In this document: positions 13,042 through 25,095 of the stretch, one piece after another
Numbering within the stretch: position 1 is the stretch's first letter
Layout: every line of letters starts with the position of its first letter
Assembly (NCBI GenBank): GCA_004764695.1
Contig: SMSO01000032.1
Location: 3,380,483-3,444,482 of the forward strand
From: Schizochytrium sp. TIO01
Lineage: Eukaryota; Protista; Bigyra: Labyrinthulomycetes
Direction of reading: 5' to 3'
DNA: 64,000 nt
The notes under the pieces: model-generated
What the model saw: the letters and a program-made list of their open reading frames with translations, nothing else
What the model was told of the DNA's origin: nothing
The model's database searches: none
Position numbers and translations under genes: made by a program

Positions 13042-14751
13042 ATGGCCACATTCACCCCCAAGGGCGTGGCAATTGGTTTTGGCCTCTTCGTCGGCATCCT
13101 CTTCTTTCTTTACTGGTTCCTTGTAGGCCTCGACCTTTTGGGTAATGCCTTCAAGCTCCTCGCTGGTGACTCTGCCGGCTCCCTCTTCGGATCTGTTGAT
13201 AACCCAGTTGCCGGTCTCATGGTCGGAATCCTTGCCACCGTTCTGGTTCAATCATCCTCGACCACCACCTCAATTATTGTTGCTGCTGCTGGTGCTGGCG
13301 TTCTGCCCGTTTCTACTGGTATTCCCATGGTTTTCGGTGCTAACATTGGTACCTCTGTGACCAACACAATTGTCTCCCTTGGTTTCGTAGGCGATCGCGA
13401 GCAGTACCGCCGTGGATTTGCCGGTGCCACTGTTCATGACATGTTTAACTACTTGAACGTGATCCTTTGGCTTCCTCTCGAGTGCATTACCTCAGCCATC
13501 AACCATGGTAACGGTGGTGTTCTCTACCTGCTCACTGCCGAAATTGCAAAGGGATTCTCTGCCTGCGAAGTTGACTGCGAAGACTGGGAAGGCCCTCTCA
13601 AGGTTATTACTGAGGCAATTGCAAAGAAGATTATCTCAGTCGATAAGGATGTAATCAAGGATTTCGCTTATGGTAAGCCTTCGATTGACCTTTGCACAGA
13701 GTTCCTCTGCACGATTCAATATGACTCCGAAGACAACCAGTGTGCTGATCACAAATTTAGCCAGAAGCGTTGTGCTGAGTCTGAGTACGCTGTCAAGGGC
13801 TGGTGTGGTGATGGTGAAAAGAAAGCCAAGGCTGCATTCAACTACTGCATTCGTGAATCCGCTGATGTACCGGTCTCACAAATTACTGTCAACCAATCTG
13901 CTTTGAATGGAGCTATTGAGCACTTTGAGTCTTACAAGCTTAACAAGGGTGGCTGTTTTTATGATGCTGGTCTTTCATCTACTGCAGCTGGCTGGGTTTC
14001 TCTCATCCTCTCCCTCACAATGCTTATTGTTTCCCTCCTCTGCATGGTTAAGCTTCTCGGTATTGCTATTCGCGGAACCGCCGAGGACGTCTTGAAAAAG
14101 GCGCTTAACATGAATGGATACCTCGCCATTGTTGTTGGCTGTGGTGTCACCATGTTTGTGCAGTCTTCTTCGATTACCACCTCTTCCCTTACCCCCCTCG
14201 TGGCCTTGGGCACTCTGTCCCTCGAGGGCATGCTTCCGCTTACGCTTGGTGCCAACATTGGTACCACGCTTACAGGTGTTCTTGCATCGCTTGTCGGATC
14301 GTCCGCTGATGGTTTTCAGCTTGCCATGTGCCACGTTTTCTTCAATGTCTTTGGAACCCTGCTCTTCTACCCGATTCCTCGCATTCGTGCACTCCCCTTG
14401 GGCGCTGCTCGTCGTCTTGGTGATTTGGCAGCCACCTTCAAGGCTTTCCCGATCTTCTACATCATTATGCTGTTTCTTTTCTACCCTGGATTCTTCCTCG
14501 GTATCAGTATTGGCTTCAACATTGGTGGCGGCAGTCTCGCCGGTTCCATTGTTGGACTCCTTGTCTTCGTCGCTATCCACATTGGCTTCTTCTTCTGGTA
14601 CTTCAAACGCGATGGCGAGGCGGTCCTGGTCCGTAGATTTGGGTTTGATGAGGACACCTTTAAGAAGCCTGAGGTTCAACCTTCTTCGGCTTCTAACATG
14701 GAAATCAACGAAGATGTCAAGGTGCAGCCCTCGAGCATCGTCATGGCCTAA
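13042..14751 (+). CDS. SLC34: SLC34-family (NaPi-II) sodium-dependent phosphate cotransporter, 569 aa
   Basis: Two repeat units with QSSS motifs (LVQSSSTTTS, FVQSSSITTS), each followed by GANIGT; FAGATVHDMFN; many TM helices; strong codon bias; caagATG start. Confidence 0.96.
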   Translation: MATFTPKGVAIGFGLFVGILFFLYWFLVGLDLLGNAFKLLAGDSAGSLFGSVDNPVAGLMVGILATVLVQSSSTTTSIIVAAAGAGVLPVSTGIPMVFGANIGTSVTNTIVSLGFVGDREQYRRGFAGATVHDMFNYLNVILWLPLECITSAINHGNGGVLYLLTAEIAKGFSACEVDCEDWEGPLKVITEAIAKKIISVDKDVIKDFAYGKPSIDLCTEFLCTIQYDSEDNQCADHKFSQKRCAESEYAVKGWCGDGEKKAKAAFNYCIRESADVPVSQITVNQSALNGAIEHFESYKLNKGGCFYDAGLSSTAAGWVSLILSLTMLIVSLLCMVKLLGIAIRGTAEDVLKKALNMNGYLAIVVGCGVTMFVQSSSITTSSLTPLVALGTLSLEGMLPLTLGANIGTTLTGVLASLVGSSADGFQLAMCHVFFNVFGTLLFYPIPRIRALPLGAARRLGDLAATFKAFPIFYIIMLFLFYPGFFLGISIGFNIGGGSLAGSIVGLLVFVAIHIGFFFWYFKRDGEAVLVRRFGFDEDTFKKPEVQPSSASNMEINEDVKVQPSSIVMA

Positions 14752-15321
14752 ACGAACCGTCTCTTATCTCGTTTAGACATAACCTTATTCTTGCAATTCG
14801 CACTGTGAATGCTTCAATCATCACAATTGACTCCATTCATCAACTTAGAAGTCCCTGATATGCCATAATAGCACCACCTAACCTGTAGAATTTTCTTATT
14901 TCGTTTTGATTGAGTTCAAATTTTGTGTATAAATAAATCCCTCAAGCACTCTTGAAAGCTAGAAGTACTCGTGTGTATGGCATGCTCACTACTTACAGAG
15001 ATACCTCAACTCAACTTTTGGAGGGGCTAAGAACTCAGATTAAAGCACATCGACATATATATTTTCAAGGCAGTGGATAACGAGTCGGCATTGCTTAGAG
15101 ATCATGAATTACCACCTAAAACTACAGACATAAATATCCTTGTCATGGTGCTATTAAAAATGAAAATAAAGAAGGATGAAGAATAGCAATACTATGATTT
15201 AAGCACAGAGAAATTTAAAAAAATTAAAAAATGTATTAGAGTTTAATTCTAAAGCTCTTATGATGTGCTCTTTGATGAAGAATATGTAGAAAACCAATGA
15301 GAGTAAAACCTTACATGCTCA

Positions 15322-17325
15322 CTAACTTGATGAAGACGTGGCTAACACCTCAAGCTGCTCAATGAATTCCTCCAGAGTGTCAGCTCCCTTTGCAAGGGAT
15401 TGGATACTCGCCGGAGATATCTTCACACGATGGTCGGAGAAAGTGTTTTCGATTCGACTCCGATTCTCATCGGAAAGGACTCCAAACATATGTTCTGTCA
15501 TCTCGCAAGCTTGTTTTGCCTCAACATATGTGAAATGAAAGATTTTGTCAATGCGCCCCGGCCGAATTAAAGCGTTGTCCAAATGGCCAATATGATTCGT
15601 CGTCATAATTACCAAACGCCCCTCAGTACTGAAAATACCATCCAGTACTTCTAAGATTCCAGCAAGAGAAAGTTCATCATCTTGCGAAGGTTTCTTAGAG
15701 GCTCTACGAGAAAACCGCGAGACTTTCTTTGTGTCATCGACTTCTGACTTGTCTGTAATAGAACCATCATCTACGCCGCTTGCTTCTCCATCTGACTTCG
15801 ATGATTTGGTGTTCAAAGTTTTCTCGTCACTCTGCTTTGGCACCTTTTCGTAGTGTTCAGCATCTGAGCCAGACTCGCTTTCAGCGTCGCTTTGTTTTGG
15901 CACCTTTTCGTAGTGTTCAGCATCTGAGCCAGACTTGCTTTCATCAAGACTCTGCTCCGGCAACTTTTCGCAGTGTTCATTATTCAACTCAGCCGTGCTT
16001 TCATCACCATGAGCAGGCTCAATGGTTGCGGTACATGTATCCGCAGCAGAGTCGGTATTGGTTTGGGCCTGAGCATCACCTGATGGCTGGCTCGTGGAGG
16101 CCTTGGTAGCAGAAGGAACTGACTCAATGGTACCCTTTTTACTGCTTCTAGGTACCGTCTTGACACGGTCGTCATCAATTTTCTGGTTTCCAATCTCTCT
16201 ACTGCGAACGACTGGAGAGTCAGCGTCGATGTCTTCAAGCAAAAAGACAACATCCTTAAACTCGAGAACGTCTGGCATGTCTTCCCCTGGAATTTGGAAC
16301 TGTAGGTCCATCATCACAGCAAAGAGAGCTTCGTTGGTTTTAATTCCGTTCAGGTTGACGACCACGAGATGACGGTTCGTATATTGAGCCACTGCTCTGG
16401 CAACCGATGTTTTGCCTGTGCCCGGCTCGCCATACAAGAGAATTCCAAGTTTGTACGGGAAACCAGGTCTCGAGTACATTCCACTTTTCTGCTGGAAAGT
16501 ATCAAGTAGACTGATGAACGATTTCTTCATGGGGAAAAAGACATTACTGAACGAATCTCGCCTGTTCATAGGGCTTCTATGTGCAGTGACACGAGCAGAA
16601 GAGCGTTGACTATCTCGCCTATAGTGGTAATCACCACGATCCGATTTACCGATTTGAAGCCTGTTATATATGTACCTCGCAGACCCATCACCTCCCTTAC
16701 GGACAGTGTCAATGTACCAAGCATATGCATCTGCGAGAAATGCGTCAATCCTCTGGACACTACCGCTACCTGTAGCGCGAAATGTATAGGTGGTCACTTC
16801 TTTTTGCATAGTCCAACGGAACGACAAATTATGGTCGAGTTCGATCCAAGAATTTTCACTGGGCGTTTTCACGACCTTGTACCTACCCAGTTGCTTGGCT
16901 GACGTGCCAAAGTGATAGGAATAAGTATCGTAATCAAAGTCGCCTGCTTCTTTGATCGCAATAAGACTAATATCTGCATTTTTTTGTAAAGCAAAGTCAT
17001 ACTTTGCATCGAGGTACATTTTGATGCATTTTACGAAAACACTGTTGCGTTTGCCGACACTGAATTGATTATCTTCATCTTCTTCTTTTGCATTGTATTT
17101 GATCTCCCGAAAGCTAGTCTGAGGCAAAAAGAGCTTCTTATAACATAACTTGATACAAGGTATCAGCACTCGCCAAAGAAGTTCACGACTTATTATCAAG
17201 GAGAGGCTCAAGAACATGGGAAATTGCATGTCTAATTCGTGCTCGTTGATGCGAAAAAGTCTCATCAAGCTATAGATAGGCGCAGTGACAGCTCGAAAAA
17301 CGCGATTCGCAAACAGAGGTTTCAT
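15322..17325 (-). CDS. BCS1-like AAA+ ATPase, paralog A, 667 aa
   Basis: Walker [15 protein letters not shown], Walker [20 protein letters not shown], sensor-1 MTTNH, Arg finger RPGRID; hydrophobic N-terminal segment. Confidence 0.9.
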   Translation of the reverse strand: MKPLFANRVFRAVTAPIYSLMRLFRINEHELDMQFPMFLSLSLIISRELLWRVLIPCIKLCYKKLFLPQTSFREIKYNAKEEDEDNQFSVGKRNSVFVKCIKMYLDAKYDFALQKNADISLIAIKEAGDFDYDTYSYHFGTSAKQLGRYKVVKTPSENSWIELDHNLSFRWTMQKEVTTYTFRATGSGSVQRIDAFLADAYAWYIDTVRKGGDGSARYIYNRLQIGKSDRGDYHYRRDSQRSSARVTAHRSPMNRRDSFSNVFFPMKKSFISLLDTFQQKSGMYSRPGFPYKLGILLYGEPGTGKTSVARAVAQYTNRHLVVVNLNGIKTNEALFAVMMDLQFQIPGEDMPDVLEFKDVVFLLEDIDADSPVVRSREIGNQKIDDDRVKTVPRSSKKGTIESVPSATKASTSQPSGDAQAQTNTDSAADTCTATIEPAHGDESTAELNNEHCEKLPEQSLDESKSGSDAEHYEKVPKQSDAESESGSDAEHYEKVPKQSDEKTLNTKSSKSDGEASGVDDGSITDKSEVDDTKKVSRFSRRASKKPSQDDELSLAGILEVLDGIFSTEGRLVIMTTNHIGHLDNALIRPGRIDKIFHFTYVEAKQACEMTEHMFGVLSDENRSRIENTFSDHRVKISPASIQSLAKGADTLEEFIEQLEVLATSSSS
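15828..16005 (-). repeat. In-frame 60-bp coding tandem repeat (~3 copies) inside paralog A
   Basis: [20 protein letters not shown] / [20 protein letters not shown] / [20 protein letters not shown]; DNA copies aligned at 60-nt spacing. Confidence 0.9.
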
Positions 17326-18307
17326 TGTACCGAGAAGGAGCAGTAGCTATAGGTTGTGTCTATGGGAAAGATAGACCCTTACAACTGTTCACAAAGCTTC
17401 TTTCTGTCTATGTAAACTCTCTGTGCGACACAGCCTGGAGCAAGTTTCAGGTATGCTTCATCCAACTTTTGCGTTGGCTTCACTTGTTGTGGACCTTTTA
17501 CCAGGATTCACTTTAGTTAGTAGTTTAGCATTGAGAGTTTGTTGGTATTATGGTCATCCCACAGCAATGCAGTTTAATAATAATAATAAATATTGTCAAT
17601 AATAATAAATGTTTTCAGTTCCTTGTATTCTAGCCCAATGTGTATAAGAGTAGAGAGCATCCACGGAGGGCGACGACTGGTCCAAGTTATATTCCTACCT
17701 GCGATGTCTACACTTGACTCCATGTTCTCCCGCTGGAATGATAATGCCTCGTCATCAGCGTTTCCCTTCTACCAGACTCTCTTTCATTCAGCTTGAGCAG
17801 AACCCCCCGTCCAAAAAATAAACAAAAAAAACAGTTTCATTTCAAGAGCGGCGTATTAAACTGACTTGGAGCTTCATGACCAGTCACAGGCAGAGAACTT
17901 TACCTAAGTAGTGCAACTAGAAGCCAGTTCTTGTATTTAGACACACATTTCTCATCATCATTATTATTATTATTACTGTGAATACTACTTGTATTACAAG
18001 ATATTTTTTTCGCAATTATATATAATTAATTATAAATGAATAAATAAAATACTTCCATCGGAGAGCGGACTCTCGGAGCTCATAATGAGTCGCGGTTTCA
18101 GCTTCAGGTTTATCTAAAGGCTTGATAGGAGATGCTTTTAACTAGCGAGCTAGTTATCATAGAGCATAATGGTAAGTCAACATTTATCCAAACACTCCAT
18201 CCGACTCGGGTTTGGGCAGACACCATTCATGAAAGAGGACTGGGAGAACATCGTTTTTTATTATGATTACTCTACTTAACCTTGCTTTGGACAAGTGCCC
18301 CAGGCCT

Positions 18308-18496
18308 CACCACATCCTAGCAGAGTGCAGAAAGGGAGTTCTTTTAATACCTAGCTTAGCTGCTTATTAGCTATGTAGCTACTTAGTGCCCAAGGAACGG
18401 CACGTGCGGACCTCCCCACCATATCCTAGCAGAGTGCAGAAAGGGAGTTCTTTTAATACCTAACTTAGCTGCTTATTTGCTATGTAGATACTTAGT
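18308..18496. repeat. Near-perfect ~80-bp direct repeat (18308-18387 and 18417-18496) between divergent paralogs A and B
   Basis: cacca(c/t)atcctagcagagtgcagaaagggagttcttttaatacc...acttagt occurs twice at 109-bp period with few mismatches. Confidence 0.92.
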
Positions 18497-19472
18497 ACAT
18501 CATTCCGGTTTTATTCGAATAGATACCTGAAACTGGAAGAAGCTGGAGCTAGCAACATGGATTAGAGTTAATGACTGATTTGGCTTGAGTCTTTGCCCCA
18601 AGACAAAAGTGAACTTTACTTTTCTAAAAATAAAAAGGACCTGGAACATATTGAACTTTCAAATTCCTACATGTAGACCAGTATTTGGGTTAAATCCATA
18701 GAATATTTTGGCTTGAAATATTGGTCAAGCGTTTCTTAATAAAGTTGTAGGACGTTGCTCATGACCAATAACACCACCCTGGCTTTAAATGTGTATACTT
18801 GAAAGTAAGGCAACTTATAGCGTAATATCCAAGTTGGTGATGCAGTGCTCAAAGCCCGCATCGTTGGACCCTACCTCTACCTACCTAATAACTCTAGGTA
18901 CCTCATGAAGAGGGAGAGTGATGAATACTCTTTTTTAATATGGGAGTAGGCTTCCATATCAGCAACTGACTGCATTCGGAAGAGCGAAAGGAAGTGATCC
19001 CAGATGAAATCATACCGGCCATTAAGGATAACTTTTTCTGGTAATAGCCTAGAGATTGAAAAGTTAATTGCAATTCAACTGGTCGAGACGATAATAATTA
19101 TCTTGATAGTATGCTGCTACTTCTATTGCTAAAATTCTAAGATAAGACGCGAGGTGGGTAATGGTAGCAGCATGACTAGTTAGTTTCTCTCGAATTTTTG
19201 ATTATCTCCAGATTATTATTTTAAAAAAAAAAAATTACTTCTATGTATACGAGTAAAAAATAATTAGCAATTATAATTTTTATCAATATTATTATTATTA
19301 TTATGAAGTGGGGAGACTTCCAAACTCTAATAGAGTATGTATGCTTCCTTAATTTGCTTCCTTACTTGCTTGCTTTTTTCTTTAGAGGCATTTTGCAAAA
19401 TCAAAACCAAAACGCTGAAGGAAGAATAAACATTTCTTGCCGACAGTCAGGCTAATACTAGTAAACGAAGAG

Positions 19473-21125
19473 ATGATGGAGGAAATGTGGACGAACCCCA
19501 GTCTGCAAGGTATCTTGGTGAACCTGGCGCTTGACATAGTCCGCACAGGTAACCGGCAATTTGACTCTATGATTTCCATGGCACTATTCACCCTCTTCAG
19601 CGCCAGGTCGGAACCCTTTCAAACCTTGACGACCAATGTTTGCAAATATTTGGTCAAGCTGATTTGGTCTGATACTTCATTCACGCGCAACATCATCGCT
19701 ACTAATAACATCAAAAGAAGGTTTCTCTCCAGAGACCCCAATCCAACTGGTGAGCGAAATATACTTCTACAAAAAGCTCTGATATTGTATCTCCACGAGA
19801 AGTACTCAATTGCTTATAAAGATGCAGAGTCTAACCTTATTGCAGCAAAAGAGCTGCAAACGTATAGTCATTCATCACGTTTAACCTCCTACGGGAGCAC
19901 TGTTGAGCACCTAGCCCAGTACAACATGGTCAAAGAACCCTGTGAGGATGAGTGGGTAGAGATAGAAGATAATCTTATGATTTGTCGCCATGTTGTGGAA
20001 AGTAAAGAGGATCAACAAAAGAATTCCCCGGAATACAATATTGAAAAGATTGTATACAAGCTTTGCTCTACACGCAAGGACGGAGATGAACATATTGAAG
20101 CACTCGTCAAAAATGCATTCAGCTGGTACATTGATAAGGTACAGCAGGTGTCCAGTGGCACCAAGCGTTATACTTATGACTTGCTACTTAGCAAACATAA
20201 AAGCTCCAGCAGTCTCGAAGACGGCTTACCCACAAGAAGAAGAGAAATCGATTGCACCAAAACTCTTGAGAATATTTTCTTTCCTGAAAAGGATCAATTC
20301 GTGCGATTAATTGATACTTTTCTGAAGAAGGAGGGTAAATACTCTTCACCTGGTTTTCCCCACAAACTCGGTATTCTTCTTCATGGAGAACCTGGCACCG
20401 GCAAGACATCTATTGCAAAAGCACTTGCCGTGTACACAAACCGGCATCTTGTTCGTATTAGGCTGGGCTCTATTCGTACTAATACGCAGCTCTACCAGGC
20501 CATGATGGACTGTTCCTACAAAGTCCAAGGTGAGGACATGCCAGTCAAGCTTGAATTTAAAGACATTATCTTTTTACTCGAAGATATTGATGCAGATTCA
20601 AAGGTAGTACATCAAAGAGGTAACTATGATGATGAGGATGAAGATGAGAAGGCAAAAGAATTCAACGTGGAGGCCAGGAGCATGATTAACAGACTACTCA
20701 CAGAAGCCAATATAAATGGTGCTCAAGGTCTATTAGAGGATCCCGATTCTCACGAAAAACTCTCTCTTGCAGGCATTCTTGATGTTCTGGACGGCATTCT
20801 CGACACTGAAGGTCGTATCGTTATAATGACAACAAATCACCCTGGCCACTTGGACAATGCACTTATTCGACCTGGTCGTATTGATAAAAAGTACCACCTT
20901 ACATATGCAAGAGCGGAAGCTGTCTGCGCACTAACCCAGCAGTTCTTTGATGGAGTTACTGATGTCCACTTGAAACGAATTAACGAGGTTTTTGGTGATT
21001 CTCGAGTTAAAATTACACCTGCACATGTTGAGTCTCTTGCGAAAGGTGCAGAAAGCGAAGATGATTTCATAGAACAACTTGAGACTTTGGCGGCAAACTC
21101 ACTTCGACGTATAACGTCCATCTAG
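19473..21125 (+). CDS. BCS1-like AAA+ ATPase, paralog B (~550 aa from first ATG)
   Basis: [32 protein letters not shown]; N-terminal RTGNRQFD plus hydrophobic segment shared with paralog C. First ATG is 19473; the track start at 19437 is non-ATG. Confidence 0.9.
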   Translation: MMEEMWTNPSLQGILVNLALDIVRTGNRQFDSMISMALFTLFSARSEPFQTLTTNVCKYLVKLIWSDTSFTRNIIATNNIKRRFLSRDPNPTGERNILLQKALILYLHEKYSIAYKDAESNLIAAKELQTYSHSSRLTSYGSTVEHLAQYNMVKEPCEDEWVEIEDNLMICRHVVESKEDQQKNSPEYNIEKIVYKLCSTRKDGDEHIEALVKNAFSWYIDKVQQVSSGTKRYTYDLLLSKHKSSSSLEDGLPTRRREIDCTKTLENIFFPEKDQFVRLIDTFLKKEGKYSSPGFPHKLGILLHGEPGTGKTSIAKALAVYTNRHLVRIRLGSIRTNTQLYQAMMDCSYKVQGEDMPVKLEFKDIIFLLEDIDADSKVVHQRGNYDDEDEDEKAKEFNVEARSMINRLLTEANINGAQGLLEDPDSHEKLSLAGILDVLDGILDTEGRIVIMTTNHPGHLDNALIRPGRIDKKYHLTYARAEAVCALTQQFFDGVTDVHLKRINEVFGDSRVKITPAHVESLAKGAESEDDFIEQLETLAANSLRRITSI

Positions 21126-21875
21126 GTGGCTTTACATACTTCTATTCTAAATCCTCATTCGATATTCCGTTTATCGGTAAATCCATAGCTAGCAATTTTT
21201 TCTTGTTTTCAAACGAACATCAAAGCATATGATTCTACTCGAAAGAATACCAAACTTTTTTTATATAACTGGAATGAACTTAAATCATGATGCATTGCAA
21301 TCATATTTTAATCGCTCTCCCACGTAGTTAATCGCTTTAATTCTTTCCGATGCTTACAATGTATTCGCTTAATGTTGACAAGGTGAGAACTTTGTAGAGA
21401 TACATAATTAGCAATAGAACCTCGTTTTGAAGCATACACGTTATCATGATTAATAATCCAAAAATAGCAATTGTAGTCACAAGTAAAAGAATACAAAAGT
21501 TGCGAGCCTCCCGAAAATTGCATTCCCTAGAGTACTTCAACAATACCCCCTTACTCTTTCTCGTGAGACGTTTTGCTCTTTAGCTACCAATTCTGTTGTT
21601 AGAGATAACAAGAGTATTTGTTGATTGTGATAAGAGCTTTGAAGACCTTTTCATCAATTTTCGGATACATAGGCATTTTCGCATTATCCTTCGGCAGACG
21701 CATTTCTGAAGGTTTAGGGAAACCAGAAAGAAATCACAAGGAATAAAAACAAACACGCAAAATATGCAGTAGATGCTTATCTTTTAATATGCAGTCACTT
21801 GACTGTTGCAACCATGGACTTTATAGATAAAAGTTTCAAGATGTATAGACAAACGAATTGTTGTGATATAAAGGT

Positions 21876-23792
21876 TCAAGCATAAGCCTCTGCTAACATT
21901 TCGAGCCGAGCAATAAACTCCTCTTCTGTATCTGCCTCCGCAGCAACAGATTCAATCTTTGCTGGCGTGATTTGAACACAGGGGCTGGAAAAGGTCTTCT
22001 GAAGACGGATGCGATTGGCCCTAGTAAGGCTGCCAAAATATAATTTGGTCATGTCACACACAGCGTCAGCTTGCACGTAGGTAAGGTTGAAGATTTTGTC
22101 GATGCGGCCAGGGCGTACCAATGCTTCATCGAGGCGCTCACGATGGTTGGTCGTCATAATCACAATTCGCCCTTCAGTATCGAGAATCCCATCCATCACC
22201 TCTAGCAAGCCCGCAAGGGAGAGTTTGTCCGTCTGAGAAGCCCATGTAGAACGGGTCAACGAGGTCTGATCACCCTTTGATCCGCCAACCGGAGTTGCAA
22301 GGCTTGCGATGATGGCACCAAGCATCTCCGCAGAACCACCCTCAGGTCCACCCTCAGACCCAGTACCATCTAGTATTTCAAGGTCGTCATCATCAGATCC
22401 GTCATTATCCATGATGTGGGAACCAGAATCGTTGTCTTCTACCCCATCAAAGCTCGTGCTAATTGATACGGTCTTAGTGTTATTAAAATCAGATGAAATC
22501 TGGGTACACGATGACGTTTCTTCCTTACACTCTGTTACAGCCGCGCCAATGTTAGTTGTGCTGGCAGGCCTCTCGTTGGCTTCTCCGCTTGGACGACGGT
22601 TCCGGTTGACCTTGGCAGGCGCACGACGATGTACAATCTTTGTGGCCGCATCAACATCCTCAAGCAAGAAGATAACATTCTCATATTTGAGAGTCACAGG
22701 CATGTCTTCCCCTGAGACGCTATAGCGACAATCAATCATTGCACGCTGAAGTTCTTCGTTTGTACGGATGGCCCCCAAGTTGATGGAGATGATATGCCTT
22801 CCAGTGTACTGTGCGAGGGCCTTAGTCACCGATGTCTTGCCGGTTCCTGGAGGGCCATGCATTAAGATCCCGAGCTTGTGCGGGAAGCCCGGGATTTGAT
22901 ACTTGCCACGTTTGTGCATAAAGTTGTCAAGAACTCGCAAGAGATTGTCTTTCTCTGGGAAGAAAATAGAATCAAAAGTCTTACGCCCACTCAGCTCATA
23001 CCTGCGAGCAGGCAATGCATTCGGTGTCTCATCTTGGTTGTCGTCATCGTCGCCTCCCTTGGACTTGCGTTTATTGTTCAGAATATAAAGGTATTTGGTT
23101 TTGTCATCAGTGGTTTTGCGAATGGTTTCTTTATACCAGTCGAATGCACGCTGCAGAAATGATGTAATGTGTTTTGCCCCGTCTGTACGAGTGGAGCGGA
23201 AAGTAAAAATTGTCTTCTTCGTGCGATTTGAAGAGCTTCCACTGGATTCCTCATTGTCTACAACCACCACCTCCCGATAGAACATAAGGTCATCCTCAAT
23301 TTCAGCCCAGTTCTTCTGCATAGGCATATCGATAAGCGAGTAAGCCGAAAGTTGGTCAGCAGTTGTACCATACTGAACATCCCAGGTGTCCTTGTTCATC
23401 GTGTAAGCCTCTTTGGCTGCCATGAGACTGGTCTCGGCGCTCTCATAGTGAATTTTGTCGCGAAGTTCTCCAATATACAATGTGATTGCCTTCTGAAGAA
23501 TATTGTTGCGCCGATCGCCGTCACTAGAGGATCTGCGATAGCCGCCTGACTCCTCAAAGATAATTTCGCGCTCGTACGCGCTGCGACGGCGAGTCAGTTT
23601 GGCCCAGAGAGCAAGCACCCATCTACGCAAATACTGCCTGTAAAAGTTGATTTTAGCCTGCACAATTATGGGCAGCATCATTGCCGCGAACATATCAAGC
23701 ACTGGGTTTCCTGTGCGAAGGATGTTTAAAAGTCCTGACGCAAGACCGGGATTGGCCTGCAAAGCGTCCAGCGGAACTTGTTCATCCGACAT
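21876..23792 (-). CDS. BCS1-like AAA+ ATPase, paralog C (~638 aa from first ATG)
   Basis: [32 protein letters not shown]; N-terminal RTGNPVLD plus hydrophobic helix; aagATG start at 23792. Confidence 0.92.
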   Translation of the reverse strand: MSDEQVPLDALQANPGLASGLLNILRTGNPVLDMFAAMMLPIIVQAKINFYRQYLRRWVLALWAKLTRRRSAYEREIIFEESGGYRRSSSDGDRRNNILQKAITLYIGELRDKIHYESAETSLMAAKEAYTMNKDTWDVQYGTTADQLSAYSLIDMPMQKNWAEIEDDLMFYREVVVVDNEESSGSSSNRTKKTIFTFRSTRTDGAKHITSFLQRAFDWYKETIRKTTDDKTKYLYILNNKRKSKGGDDDDNQDETPNALPARRYELSGRKTFDSIFFPEKDNLLRVLDNFMHKRGKYQIPGFPHKLGILMHGPPGTGKTSVTKALAQYTGRHIISINLGAIRTNEELQRAMIDCRYSVSGEDMPVTLKYENVIFLLEDVDAATKIVHRRAPAKVNRNRRPSGEANERPASTTNIGAAVTECKEETSSCTQISSDFNNTKTVSISTSFDGVEDNDSGSHIMDNDGSDDDDLEILDGTGSEGGPEGGSAEMLGAIIASLATPVGGSKGDQTSLTRSTWASQTDKLSLAGLLEVMDGILDTEGRIVIMTTNHRERLDEALVRPGRIDKIFNLTYVQADAVCDMTKLYFGSLTRANRIRLQKTFSSPCVQITPAKIESVAAEADTEEEFIARLEMLAEAYA

Positions 23793-24846
23793 CTTCGGTT
23801 TACCTTTAATTGCTCTCAAACAGACTTATCTTTTCGGTCAGCTGGTAGCAGCTCCAAGAGCCCAAGCTGAGCAAGTCGCTTTCGCCAACTCAGTTCCTAC
23901 TTTTAAGTAAATCTGGAGAGTTCGGGTTTTGCTGCTGTCAAGGTCTAACTTGGCTTCGATTGCTTTTTCAGAACCCGCTCTCATCACCTCATCATCGGAA
24001 AGCTGTTCATCTCTCCGTCTTGTATCGTTCCTGTATTGTTCCTGTACTGTTCTGGTTCGGTTCTTCACATGGTCGTGAAACCTAAGCCTGAAAAACTCAG
24101 CTTACACTACGAACAAATTGTTGGCCACGTCTAAGCAACGCTCAGTAAGTTGGGCTTGAAACACGTGGCCATACCTCCAAGTTCATAAATAATGTTCTGG
24201 CTCAGAAGACTGGAGCTGTGGCATCTAACAGCAGCCGATCGTAGAACCATCGGCGATTCTATCTGCTGATACTTTTTTAATTTAAAAAATTAAAAGTTAA
24301 AGTTGCTTTTTAATAACAAATCTATACAAACGTTTTTTTGTTTTTGTTTTAATACAAATTAAGAGTTTTTTCAATAAATAGATAATATAATAATAATAAT
24401 AATTATTATTATTATTACAGTAATAACTCGAACTTGCTAGCCTGAGTGAACTTGAATAAAGAATAAAATAAAAGAATGAGTCTGAGAGAGATGATCTCTT
24501 TCTGAATGAGTCCGGCGCTGGACTTCGCGATGATGCTCTCTGGTGTTTTCTAAACGCCTGCTTTGTTCTCCCAAACTTTTCCTTGGGGAGGTTCCTTGTC
24601 CATCATTGGCGCGCCGGACCGACCTTGAATTTCCTAACAGGCTCTTAGGAAATAGAGTGTGTGAACGTGCCGGTGAGCTACGATTTTCAACAATTTCCAG
24701 TTCACTCGGGTTCTGCAACTTTACAATCAACTCCAGCCTCAGCTGGCACACATTGGCTCTGAACTGAAGCCCCAGGTTGCGCAACCAGAAGCGACTTGGA
24801 TTAGGAAAGCACCACAGTGACAGTCATGATATGTATATTACTTCTT

Positions 24847-25095
24847 GAGATAGGTACAAACTCACATCAATTATTACATGAATGGCTTCTAGTTGTACTA
24901 CGTACTACAACATGCACGTGCTGATTTTAGTTTTTCAAGTTGCATGGACCAAGGAGAGTTGTCTAGAGATAGAGATAGGTACAAACTCAAGTTTAAGCAC
25001 ATCACTTATTACATGGGTATCCACTATGATGGCTGAAGGGCTTCAAGTTGTACTACTGACGCGCTGGTTTTAGTCATTCGAGTTGCATGGGCTAA
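24847..25095. repeat. Degenerate ~110-125-bp tandem duplication
   Basis: gagataggtacaaactca...ttattacatg...agttgtactac...ttttag...agttgcatgg occurs twice (~24847-24953 and ~24972-25095) with indels. Confidence 0.75.

Noticed and set aside
18308-18496. Repeat-spacer-repeat as a CRISPR-like array
   Set aside because: Only two 80-bp copies, eukaryotic context, no cas genes
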